Assembly (NCBI RefSeq): GCF_006345805.1
Contig: NC_043002.1
Span: forward strand, 20,088,001 to 20,152,000
Length of the DNA stretch: 64,000 nucleotides
From: Octopus sinensis
Lineage: Eukaryota
Direction of reading: 5' to 3'
The position numbers and the translations under genes were made by a program. Below the pieces are notes generated by a model. That model saw only the letters and a list, made by a program, of their open reading frames with translations. It was not told the origin of the DNA and did no database searches. Of the stretch, positions 12,273 through 24,419 are shown in pieces (positions within the stretch are counted from its first letter, which is position 1; each line of letters opens with the position of its first letter).

Positions 12273-14561
12273 TTTTAGAAATAAAGAATTTTTAAATTGT
12301 TAAAATTATTCTTAAAAAATAGAAGATCAGTAAGTGAGTAATATGCAAATATTTCAAATTTCTAAGCAGAAAACCAGGTGAACTAGATTTTATCAAATTA
12401 AGAGTACAGGCAAAAGTATATGGTTAAAAAATGTTTGCTCTGCAGTCATATGGTTCTGGGTTCAATCACACTGCAGGACACTTTTCTACTAAAGCTTTGG
12501 GTTTACCAATATTATGTAAGTAGAATTTGGTAGATCCATCTTGTGTTAGTGTGTCTGTCTATGCTTTCAACTAGAGTTTTGTCCAAAATTACAGATCAAT
12601 AGAAAAAGTACCACAGTGAAACAAGTACTGAGATCAATGTGATCTATAAATGTGGTGCCCCAGTATGGCTGCATTCCAAGTATAAAAGAATAAAAGAATG
12701 GAAAAATCTAAGAAAAACAAAAGAACACAATTACTGTTAGCTGGTTTACATTCAAGTAATTAACCAAGAAAGACCATCTGGACCACATTAATTAAACTTG
12801 GTTGTATACATTCAAGTCATTTAAACAGTGTAATTAGCAGGTATTTGTGTCTTGGAAAGGGAGGAGGTGACTAAGACCAAGAGAACACTATCACCATCAT
12901 CATTTGTAAAATGGAGAAAACAAGTATTTCAGATACTGTCAGGTAAAAAAAAACCCCACTAGACCAATGAAACATATGAAAATGAAGTTTATGCAACTCT
13001 TCATTCATAAATAAGTACTGACAAGCTACCCACTTTAACCCTACAACCTTACTGCATCTATTTTTGAGCCGATTCAGGCTGGGTATCAATTATATTGACA
13101 TCAACAGTGTAGAGATCATGGGCACTGCCTTTTACAATCTTACAAGGAAGAAAAGCCAACTGTTTATCAGTAGTACATAACAGATAGTTTCCAATAAGTA
13201 AACAAATATCGTATACGTTACTAACATTCCGATTGCGATATCATTGGAAAAACCAGATCCATCCAATAATCCTGAAAGTAGATTTTATCTTTATATCTCA
13301 TACAATATCTGGTTACTTGCTAAATCAGGTTAGATGAAGCTACACTCTAAATAAAATTACAAGTTGCAAGAGAAAATAAACATGCCTTGGTAGTTTTCAA
13401 AATGTGTAAAAATGACTTTCAAAACAAGGAACTTAGAATTATAAAATCAGTTTCCAAAACGATGGAATTATGCAAGACATATAAATCTAGAAGCATACTG
13501 ATCATGCCATTAAGTTAAAGAATGGCCCCTAGTGACCACCTTTGACAAAAGCTATGAAAAAATACAAACATGGCTTCTTGCTGCCTCCCTTTGGATTTTT
13601 TCTTTCCATTAACAAGGCAATCTTGTCAAATAGATAATGACAAGTTTGCCACAAGGGCCTGAGCACAGAGAACATGAAGAACCAACAAACACTGCAATGC
13701 TTTTAACAAATCTATTACTTCACTGGCACAAACTGCTACTACTTTATATTGACCCAGGGATAATAGAAGGCAAAGCTGATGTCAATGAGATTTGAACATA
13801 GGACATAAAAAAAAAACATGAAAGATATTTTAAGACAATTTATCCAACAAGACCATTTCAGCAAATTAACTGTATTTAAAACATCGATAACGAAAAAAAA
13901 AGGGGATATGAAATAATTAGTGGATGTGAGATATCTTTTCTCATTCACACACATACACAATTTTTTGTGGCCTTAGCTTATGGCTACAATTAAACTGTGT
14001 CCAGTTTTATTTTCTGTTGTCTGGAAACAGGCGGGGGCAGCTGATATGAGGGGCATCTGACTATAGAAAAACTACTTCAACTGACCCATGTAAGTATGGA
14101 AAAGTAGACATGAAAATGATGACAATGATAATGTCTAGAAGGATTTAACAACTAATCACAATTTGTGAGGTGTCAATGATAAACACTTCCCAACACAGCC
14201 ATACTATCTAAACTGTGAGACCCCTCCAAAAGTGTATTTAGTTTGCCTGAAGCTGAGTGTAATTTGTGTGTTCACTTGTTATAAACTTCTGCAATCAGTT
14301 GGATTCACTAATAGAAATTGCCAGTAGTAACAGCATTTGATTTGTCAATTTGCAATTCAGGGAGCCATTATTTCTGTTAGCAACAAAGGGATTCTTTTAA
14401 AGTGAAGAAAAGACTACGATTCTTGTGTATGAAGTACAATTCTGCATGGTTGCAAAAATGTGAGCACTGAATACAGAAGATGTGCAAAGACTGGAAAGAA
14501 ATAATACAAGTATACTCCACTGGACATATTCAAATAAATAGTAAATTTGGCAAGCTTCTTC

Positions 14562-15172
14562 TTCATCATCATCATCATCATCATTTAGCGTCCGTTTTCC
14601 ATGCTAGCATGGGTTGGACGGTTCTACTGGGGTCTGTGAAGCCAGAAGGCTTCATCAGGCCCAGTCAAATCTGGCAGTGTTTCTACGGCTGGATGCCCTT
14701 CCTAACGCCAACCACTCCGTGAGTGTAGTGGGTGCTTTTTACGTGCCAGACAGAGCTGGCAAACGGCCATGAACGGATGGTGCTTTTTATGTGCCACCGG
14801 CACGAGGGCCAGGCAAGGCTGGCAACGGACACGAACGGATGGTGCTTTTTACGTGCCATCGGCACGAGGCCAGTCGGGGCGGTGCTGGCAACGGTCGCGA
14901 AACGGAAGGTTCTCTTACATGCCACCGGCACTGGTAACACATCTGCAATTTCCATTGATCGATTTCGATTCTGATCCTCACTTGCCTCAACGGGTCTTCA
15001 CAAGTAGAGTTTTGTGTCCCAAGAAGGGAAGGTATGCATACGTAGGCTGGCTCCATCCCATGTAGAAGGCCACGGGTTATGGACTCACTTGTCCTGCCGG
15101 GTCTTCTCGCACACAGCACACTTCCAGAGGTCTCGGTCTCTAGTCATTTCCTCAGTGAGACCTAAAGTTCGA
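14562..15172 (-). mobile_element. 5'-truncated RTE LINE, CpG-rich (relatively young) copy
   Basis: (CAT)n tail; tandem units at 14731-14935; minus-strand RTLGLTEEMTRDRDLWKCAV at about 15110-15172. Confidence 0.85.
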
Positions 15173-15859
15173 AGTTCGAAGCTTGATTATGATAATCCTG
15201 GTTGGTATGTTGCATGCTATACAATTACTCACTGCATGACAGATCATATACCATGATCAAATTGAAACACGATCCACCTGGCATGCTAAGCTTGTTTGTT
15301 CACCAACATTAAGTTATCTTTGTGTCATTAATTTGTTAATCAAAGAGTTAAGGATAATCAACAACTTAAGCCCCTTACTTCCTTTAGAGGACTACATATA
15401 CATATAACACTTTTAGGATTTCATTATCATTTAACATCCACTTTTTGAATGCTTGCATGGGTCAGACAGAATTTGTTGAGGCAGATTTTCCACAGTCAGA
15501 TGCTCTTTCTGTCACCAATCCCAACCTGTTTCAAAGCAAGCTAATATTCCCCCATGACCAGACTACTCTTTAAACTGAGATATTTGAAGCAACTAAATGG
15601 CTTTCCTACCACTAACCACTTAAGAGAAGAGTGGCTTAGATAAGCACTGGAGCTATATACATTGCTCCAAGAGTAGAACAACACGACTTTTGTTGTAAGA
15701 TTTGAACTCCAGACCATTAAATAAGTAATCCAACAACTTGACCACTCTGTGGTTAAGTTGTTGGATAACAGAGTGTCTCAACTATTCAATACACTTTTAG
15801 CCGTAACAAAGAAATAAAAAAAAGGCCCAAAACATTATGAAAATCAAATAAAAACTCAC

Positions 15860-16047
15860 TTCTGCCAACAATAACTCAACTTTGACTAGATCTTCTGTCT
15901 TGGATACTGGGGTCTGCAATGCAGTATCCAATAAGAGAACTCCATTTAGGTCTTTGCGTGCACATACAGATGTCCCTTCGCAAATAATCATGCGATCTTT
16001 TTCTTGTAAATACATACATTTCAGCTTGTTGGATTTCGTGTTTGTTG
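15860..16047 (-). CDS. BIRC6: BIRC6 coding exon 2 (..KCMYLQEKDRMII..CARKDLNGVLLLDTALQTPVSKTEDLVKVELLLAE)
   Basis: RKDLNGxLLLDTALQTPVSK is a BIRC6 hallmark; polypyrimidine+TAG acceptor, GTGAGT donor; 188 nt, phase 1 to 0. Confidence 0.95.
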
Positions 16048-17724
16048 CTAGAAATAGAAAAGAGAAAAGAAATTCAAAAATATTATACAATACATGTCAA
16101 GTGCATGTTTAAACAATTCTTTAGATATTTTACCTTGAGCTTCAAAAGCTTACAGAGTACATATATTGTTTTTTTATGGTGTGGCTTATTAGTAAGAACT
16201 ATAGCTCCAAAGAGCCATAGAAATATAACCAGCAGTGACAAGAAAACTTGAATAGTCTGTACTAGTTAAGAAGTCATTAGAAGCTAAGTTAAATGGATTA
16301 TTAGGTCATCCCAATTAGCAACCAGTCTCTCCATTCAGTATGCTAATTATTACCCTTTTATAGATTCACAATATACAGAAAAAAGATGAATACTAATTGT
16401 TTTAAAACCAATTGAGAGAGAGCAGGGTATTAATAATGAGTAAAAATGTTTTCAATTGCAAACACAAATCAACAATTCATTTTTAAATTGCTGTTAAGCC
16501 CCAAGTCAGCTCTGAGTTGATCTAAGATAAGAAATGTGAATATTTTTCTGATAAAGTACATTTTTTTTTTTTCTTTTCTTTTTTTAAAACATTAGATGGC
16601 CCATTTGAGGAATACTTGACTTAGTCCTGACTAGAACATCTTATCACAGATCTGCTTTATCAGAGCTGAACTGGGGCAAAACAAGTGCACACAATCAATA
16701 GACATGCTAAAAAAATAGCTGTTGAGTTTCCTTCAAATCACAACTTACAATGTTAAAAGAGGACATTGGATTATGTAACCCTCAATACACTATGTCAGAA
16801 ATATATAGAATTGTCATGGTTTGAACTAATACAACTGTGTATGTGTGTGCTGATCACTTGCAGGGAAGTTATGGAAGAAGGAGGCTCAGGAAGACATGGG
16901 ACGAAGAATTGAAAGCTGATTTCAAAATGCTTGAGATATGTGGCACATTGCTGTACTTAAGAAGACCCCCGCACCCCACAACAGAATTGAGATTCTAAAA
17001 CCAAGGTGCCATGTAAAAAGCACCAGCACACTCTGTAAAGTGCTTGGCATTAGGAAGGAAGGACAGCCAGCCACTGAAACTAAACTAAAACAGACTATTG
17101 AAGCTGGTGCAGCCCTTGGCCTTGTCAGTTCTTGTCAAGATGTCCAACCCATGCCAGCATGGAAAATGTTTTATATATATCCCTCTCTCTCTCTTTTGGA
17201 GAGGCACTGAGCAGCTATACGCACACATACACACACGGCAGTAACTTCCGCCTACCGAATTCAATCACAAAGCTCCGGTCGGCTCGGGGCTATAGTAGAA
17301 GACACCTGCCCAAAGTGCCATGCAGTGGGACTGAACCCAAAACCATGTAGTTAGGAAGCAAGCTCCCTAACCACACAGCCATGCCCGCGCCTATATATAT
17401 ATATATAAAGATAAAATTTACTTGGAAAAGGATGTGTGGCGTTCATATAATCATTCTCATTGTTTATCGTCCATCTTCCATGCATGCATGGGTAGGACAG
17501 TTGACAGGAGCCAGCCAAGTAGAAAAATGACCCTAGGCTATTGTGTGCTATTGTGTTTTGACAGGGATTTTACAGCTGGGTGCCCTACCTAACACTAACC
17601 ACTCCACAGATAGACAGGCAGATACATTAGAACATTTATCCAACATTTTGACAAGGCATTACAAGCAAAGATGGATTTAAAATACACCAAATGGTAATCA
17701 ATAGTACTACAAATGAAGGAGCTG

Positions 17725-17897
17725 ATGACCTGCAAGAAATAGCAGCCAAATACCCCTCAAATTACACTACCCTTGTAAAGATCACATTATATAATGTAGT
17801 CTTAGAGACAGTCTATTTCAAAAACAGATGGGATTATCAATGCTAGAACATTAAGTGTGGTTCTACTCACCCAGGAGTAATCTGGGGCTAAACAACC
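17725..17897 (+). repeat. Unclassified ~180-bp interspersed repeat (copies at about 7150-7320, 16490-16830, 29300-29490, 31240-31410, 35415-35540, 41165-41310, 61600-61750)
   Basis: Recurrent GAAATAGCAGCCAAAT..CCTCAAAT...ACATT.GATAATGTAGT...CTGGGGCTAAACAAC blocks in both orientations. Confidence 0.65.
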
Positions 17898-18136
17898 AAT
17901 ACCATTATACAAGTCTTGTGGAAAGACAGTTGATCTCTTTATTCAAAGAGCAGAAAATGCATAATCACTTTATGACTACAACTCAAATAATCTTTATTAA
18001 AAATAAATGAACAAAAATTCTGTATAAATTAAGCCTAGAAATAAATTAGAATGCTCGAGTTAGTGTGTGTCCTTTTCTTTGCTCATTGATTGTACACCAT
18101 ATGTAGTAATTGTTTCACTGTCAACATATGCTCTCA

Positions 18137-18490
18137 AGCTTGCTTCCCAGCCACATGGTCTCAGGTTCAGTTCCACTGCATAGCACCTTGGTAAGTGTCT
18201 TCTATAGCCTCAGGCCGACCAAAGTTTTGTGAGCAGATTTGGTAGAAAGAAACAGAAAGAAGCCCTTGTGTATGTGTGTGTGTGTCTTCTGCCATCGGTT
18301 GACAACAGGTGCTGGTGTGTTTAAATCCCCATAACTTATCAGTTCAGCAAAAGATATCTATAGAATAAGCACCAGGCTAAAGAAAAACCAAGCACTAGGG
18401 TTGATTCATTCGACTAAAAATTCTGAGGAGGTGCCCCAGCATGGCCGCAGCCAAATCACTGAAACAAGTGAAAGGAAAGATAAAAGATAA
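18137..18490 (+). mobile_element. SINE, same family (further degenerate or partial copies at about 12405-12697, 17210-17392, 43000-43290, 46260-46430, 47003-47330)
   Basis: Head and tail A motifs are recognisable. Confidence 0.8.
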
Positions 18491-19418
18491 ACAAGTACAA
18501 CACTGAAACACTTATATATTGATAGTTTCCCTTTCAGTGTCTTACCACACTACTAACCCAACCAATACCAAGAACTTCCTGCTAGTAATATATACAATTA
18601 GTATCTGTAGAATATTATATAAAAATAAACTAATTTTTCAGTTCATTTTATGAACAAAGCAAAAACACAAAAGTGAACTACAAAATAACTGACAACACCT
18701 TATGTATGACTAATGCTAAAATAAGGTTAGCTATACTTTAACGTTCTAGAAGTTTCGTGTTTACCAGTGCATTCATAGACCATATGTAACAAGATCAGGA
18801 AGTCACACAGCTGCTCAACTTATACTAAAAATAGCAATCAAATTTCCCACACATCATGTTTATTTTTTTGAGTCCGATGACCCTCATAAGACTGGTTACT
18901 GAGAGTCCATGAAGTAAAAGTGGCTGAGATCATCACATTCCCTCTCAGCAGGATACCAGTCCACTGCAGGGTTTAAGTCCAGCAATTTTGAATGAAGGGG
19001 ACAAGTCAATTACATTGAGCCCAGTACTTGATAGGTACTTTATTGTATTGATCCCAAAGGGATGACAGTCCTCTTGGCAGGATATAAACTTGGGATTTTA
19101 CATTCAGAAAAAAATGCCACTAAGCATTATGGTCAATGCCCACTTCCTGCCTTCCTATCACATTCCATTCTTCAAAAAGAGGAATAACTTACAGAACAAA
19201 GTGTCAAACTTGATATACAAAAATTTTCATACCCTCTCTTTTGTTCTATTATTTCAATGTTAATAAAACACTATTTTCTTTTTAAATGTACACAATGCTG
19301 TATGTGTGAAAATTGGAGTGCTCATCATACAGAATCCAAAATGTGTGTGTGTGTGAACGCGCAGGTGTAAGCATGCATGCACACTATCAAATTCTTCTAG
19401 AACACCTAAGAAACAGTT

Positions 19419-19990
19419 CATCATCATCATTTAACGTCCATTTTCCATGCTGGCATGGGTTGGACGGTTCAACTAGGGGGTTCTAGGAAGCTAGGAGGCT
19501 GCACCAAGCTCCAATCTGATCTGGCAGTGTTTTCTACAGCTGGATGCCCTTCCTAATGCCAACTATTCCAAGAGTGTAGTGGGTGCTTTTTACGTGCCAC
19601 CAACACAGGGGCCAGCATCAACCACATCTGGATGGTGCTTTTACGGGCCACCGGCTTGGGAGCCAGTCAAGGTAGTAATGGCATCAGCCACATTCGGATG
19701 GCACTTTTCACATGCCACCAGCACAAGAGCCAGTCGGGGCAAGGGGGCTGGCATTGACTGCATTTGGATGGTGCTTTTTACATGTCACTGGCATGGAGAG
19801 CCAGGCAGGCGGCACTGGCATCATCCACAACTACAATTTCCATTTAATTGTGGTCTGATTTGATTTTGATGTACTTGACTCAATAGGTCTCCTCAAGCAC
19901 TGCATGTTGCCCAACAATCCAAAAGGTACTTTTGAGTGGGCTGGTTATGCGATACTGGCATAGTTTGCAACTAAATCAGGTCTCAATTGC
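19419..19990 (-). mobile_element. RTE LINE 3' UTR copy with about 4 tandem units
   Basis: Same tail and unit consensus as the 9311 and 14562 copies. Confidence 0.8.
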
Positions 19991-20126
19991 TACCATTTAG
20001 ATATAACCACATTAAGTTGAAAGTTTATTTTGTCTTTCACAGCCAGAGCTGATTTTATCTTTTACACAAAAGTTTCCTCTATTTAAACTTAATTTGTTTA
20101 GCATCTGTAAACAGATGCCATGACTA

Positions 20127-20341
20127 AAGGCAGCAAACTGGGCGAAACGCTTAGCGGTATTTCGTCTAGCGTTATGTTCTGAGTTCAAACTCTGCAGTGG
20201 TCAACTTTGCCTTTCATCCTTTTGGGGTTGATTAAATAAGTACCAGTTGCGCACTGGGGTCAATGTAATTGATTGATACCCTTTGTCTGTCCTTGTTTGT
20301 CCCCTCTATGTTTAGCACCCTGTGGGCAATAAGGAAATAAA
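20127..20341 (+). mobile_element. Second tRNA-derived SINE family (copies at about 30825-31025 -, 63757-63950 +, 57000-57220 -, 23400-23600 -)
   Basis: GAGTTCAAACTC B-box and TTTGCCTTTCATCC...AAATAAGTACCAG conserved block repeated through the window. Confidence 0.75.
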
Positions 20342-20949
20342 TTACTAAAGTATGTTTTAATGCTGTAAGCAGTGGGAAAACTGTAGAATTGACCAGTGTT
20401 TCATTTGCCAGTATTACAAAATCAAACTCCTTATAGTTTTACATTAAAATCATTTTTGAACTTCTAAATCTATTCATGGACTGCTTGACTGACTTTGCAG
20501 ATACTGCTTGCTTGCTCTCTCTCACTACAGGTATCTTCAACACCCTTTTTGTAGTCTTCAGGTATTTGTCCTTCTGCTGTTCTTTTCATTATAGTTGCTA
20601 ATACATGAAGTGTCTTATTTAAAAAAATAAAAAAGTCAATGTTTGTGAGATTGGATATATGTGTGTGTGTGTATGCATGCATGCATGTATGTATGGGTGT
20701 GGATGTCTATGTATGTATATCCATATGAGCTTTATATAATTGCAAAGCAATGGATCCATATATTGATAGCCAAAGAATATGTTTGACTAGATCACCATTT
20801 CTCAAATGTAACCCAGTTGTATATGGTGTCAAAAACTCACATCTTATTAAAAAAAACATTTGTTGGGCAGGAAGGTGATAGGCACATTGTGCCATCCAGT
20901 TCAACACCCTCACCATGGTCCATTGTGTACCTTTAGCAGAGTTAGCTCT

Positions 20950-22560
20950 ATCTCAAACATTCAGACTATGTTCCCATTTAGGAGTTATGACTTCAAAATG
21001 CACCAACACTACATTTCCATAGATGCCACAAAATAAAACTAAACTTCTCTCTTCTCCACTACCTGTGGACCTATCCAAACTAGACACCACACATGACTTC
21101 TTACAAACACACAAACTACACATCTTATTAATCTCAGAGACAAATCTCCCCACACCAATCTATAGTCTGTGTCATCAAGGCGACAATTTCCTATCAAATT
21201 TCTTTCTGAAAAGTGGTATCTGCACATAAACTCTCTACTATCTCTGCCTCTTGCCTCTCTCACCTTGTTATTCGCAATAAAAACTTCCAGTTATTCTATT
21301 TCAAAGTCTCACCCACCCCACTGATCCAACGACAACTATGTAACCATACTCCTTCCTGCATAAAGGACATTTACCTCACCTTATTTATCACTAAAATCAT
21401 CATTCTTGGTGGCTCCAATGTTCACAATTTATGCCTTTCACTCTCACCCATACTCATGCTGCTGGTGCAGGAAACAAATCTTTCACAATCTCCAACTGTT
21501 CACATCAACAAGTTTTATTCTCTATACACATGAGCTAATAATCTCAAAAACTTTGATGAAAGCAGTATTGTTGTTCATAACATCTGCCAAGCTGCCAGCT
21601 GTGTCTCATATGAAAACTGATAAAACTTCCTCCATATGGGTTCCATCCTTCTTTCGTCTGTTAGATTAATGGTTTGTCAAATCACACTAATGTGGGAGGT
21701 ACTTATGATGGGGGTCTCTAAGGCCCAGGCTATAAATTGAAGGTCCCAAAGTGTAGTTTTCGTTTCCCACACTCTTCCTTCATGACATCAACTACTCCTG
21801 GTTGTCACCAACAACACTCACTTCTATGCAGATGATATGTTTCCCTTCCTTCCTCTCTATTTCCCACTCTCAAACATGATCTACATGCAACCAGACACCC
21901 TGGGCCAAATCTGCACAGACTATGAACAGAAACTGGAAAAACAATCTACAATGGGGTCATACCAATTACATCTCATTCAACAGAAAGAAAAAAAACATCA
22001 AAAGAAATGTTACCACACCTAACACTCCTCAACTATGCAACTACAATCCTTCTGAATTCTTCAAATGTCTAGGCTTCGTTATCACTGACAATCTCTTTTG
22101 GTGAACATACATCCTTAAACATGTCTCAAAGACTGGCATTTCTCATCCAAGCCAGAAAATACTTCATTCCTCTGAAACAACAACTACTCTCTACAAAGCT
22201 CAGGTGAGACATATCAAAATACTGCTTCCATCTCTGTCACACCAGTAAACAACCTAGATAGCATCCAGGGAAAAAAAAACCCCACTTAGATGACAGGAAG
22301 GAAGTCAATTTACAAACACACTACAACCTTTGGATCCCACAGGTGTATTGTCTCCTCTCTCTACCTCTACTACAATGGCATCTGTTCCTTGGAGATGGCT
22401 GGTTTCATGCCACCTCTACTCCCACATTTGTTTTCCATCATTATCCATTTTGCCCTCACTCCCAAAGACCCACACTAACCAATACACTCAGTTCTTTGTT
22501 CCCAGAACATTGGCCCTTTCAAATACATTCATTACATATCTTTCCTGAAGATGCGGAAAC
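20950..22560 (+). mobile_element. Decayed CR1/Jockey-group LINE (endonuclease + RT remnants)
   Basis: LHILLISETNL and LGGSNVHN (APE-like), FYADD with YADD at 21825-21836, CLGFVITDNLFW, LYKAQVR; frameshifted, with large internal deletions. Confidence 0.75.
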
Positions 22561-24419
22561 TGAGTGTTATGGCATTTATTTCATTAGTTTCAGTGGGTTT
22601 CAAAAGCTCAGAAACAGTTCCTTCTTCCAGACCAAACAGATAATTAAAAAAAAGTGGGGGAAGTTTTATTTTCATACATTTTTATTTACATGTAGCTAAG
22701 TGAGATTATCTGCCTAGGGAAACAACAGCTTCACAATATGGTCTTAGAATAAGCTGTAAAAATAAGTAAGAAAAAATGCAAGAGAATTGGAATATAAGAA
22801 AATCAGCTATTGAATAAGATGGCTGATAGAAAATGTTGAAATACATCTGGGAAAAATTGAGAATAGTACAGAATGCACATTTTTATGTACATAAATGGCT
22901 ATCTTTGTGCACAGTATTGCTACTTACTGAAACCTAACAGAAACACAACTACAATCAAACCAGTAATTGAAACTTAATTTTTACATATCCTACCTTTACC
23001 TTTACAGTAACTAATAGTGACTGGTCTAACAACAAACAAAAACAAAGAAAGAGGTAAAGATGAATTCTGTTGTCAAACAACTATGGACACCAGGCAAATA
23101 AACTGAAAGATGTATGGTTTATGAATATTAAAATCTTTGTACAAGCATTTGATTTTTTAAAAATCAATGTCATAAATATAAAAGAAAGGTGCAGTTAACT
23201 GTATCAACTGAGTACACTCTGGATACCTGTTGCATTAAACCAAACAGTGGACGAAAAAGTTGATCCAGGTAATAAACTCAAAACAAAGAGAGATGGAACC
23301 AAATTACCCTAGTCACATAGTCCTGACTGGTTCAGGTGACACCACAGCCTTCTCAAAAATAATTCGTAACATAGCTTACAAGGTTACAATTTTTTAGCAA
23401 GCAGAAGGTTGAGTGGAGGGAGGACTTATTTATGTCAGCCTCATCATTTGACTGGTACTTATTTCATCAATATTTCATTGACCCTGGAAGAATGAAAAGC
23501 AAAGCTGGTCCTAACAAGATTTCAATTTAGTAAAGGGATATAACAAAATACTCCAAGACATTTTGCCTGTCACTTTACCAATCCTACCATTCACCACACT
23601 TTTTCAATAAAATCAAAACAATACCTTGGTGTCTTCCAGAAATTTCTGTCTACTGGCATCTTTCCCAGTACCCCCACTCCTTCCCATTAGGCATTACCTT
23701 CTAACGTAATTTGTCATTTCCTGTTTAGTTTGAAACAAAAAACAATAGTCTTCAGAAAGCTGAATAATCTTGGCAGCACAAACAATTTTAAACCAATTTT
23801 CTTACTAATTAACCATTAACAATTTCCTCGATGTCTTAATTGACTTCCATCAAGCTTGTTAGTGATTTTACAAAGAAAATTGAAATTATTCTTAAACAAT
23901 AAAATTTCTGTTACATATTTCACAATAATTGTCTTTATGTCAATAAAATGATAATGGTGATGGTGGTTGTTAAGTAGTTTCAGTAAGTTCTGGTGGAGCT
24001 GCTGAAAAATGTTATCCTTATGGAAAACAATAGCTCAGTAAGTGTTAAGATATTGAATGCAAAGACCATCAAAAATGTTGGCACAATATATATGTAAGGT
24101 GAGGATAAAATTACTAATATTTCATTTTCCATTAAGTACAAAAGATAGCTCTGCATACATTTCAGTTATATTGTGACACCATTGACAAAGCAGTTTCACC
24201 ATACTTGCTCAAGCAATAATGTTGAAGCAATTAATTAAATAACTTAGTTCTAGCCTTAATCAAGTCATGTTTACCAAGGGACATATCCAAATATATAGGA
24301 TTTTTATTTTAAGCCTTCCTTACTATATATTTCTGGTTAGGTGTTTAGTTCCAGGTCAGCCTTTATCTTGCAAACCTATGATCAAAAGCATTCTAAAGAG
24401 AAACCCTGTCTTTTGTTTC

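Noticed and set aside
14480-15256. Cluster of overlapping ORFs including a poly-His peptide
   Set aside because: Open frames arise from the GC-rich tandem array and (CAT)n tail of a truncated RTE LINE.
17722-17750. CTGATGA...GAAA hammerhead-like words
   Set aside because: No stems II or III can be formed; it is a chance junction with the ~180-bp interspersed repeat.
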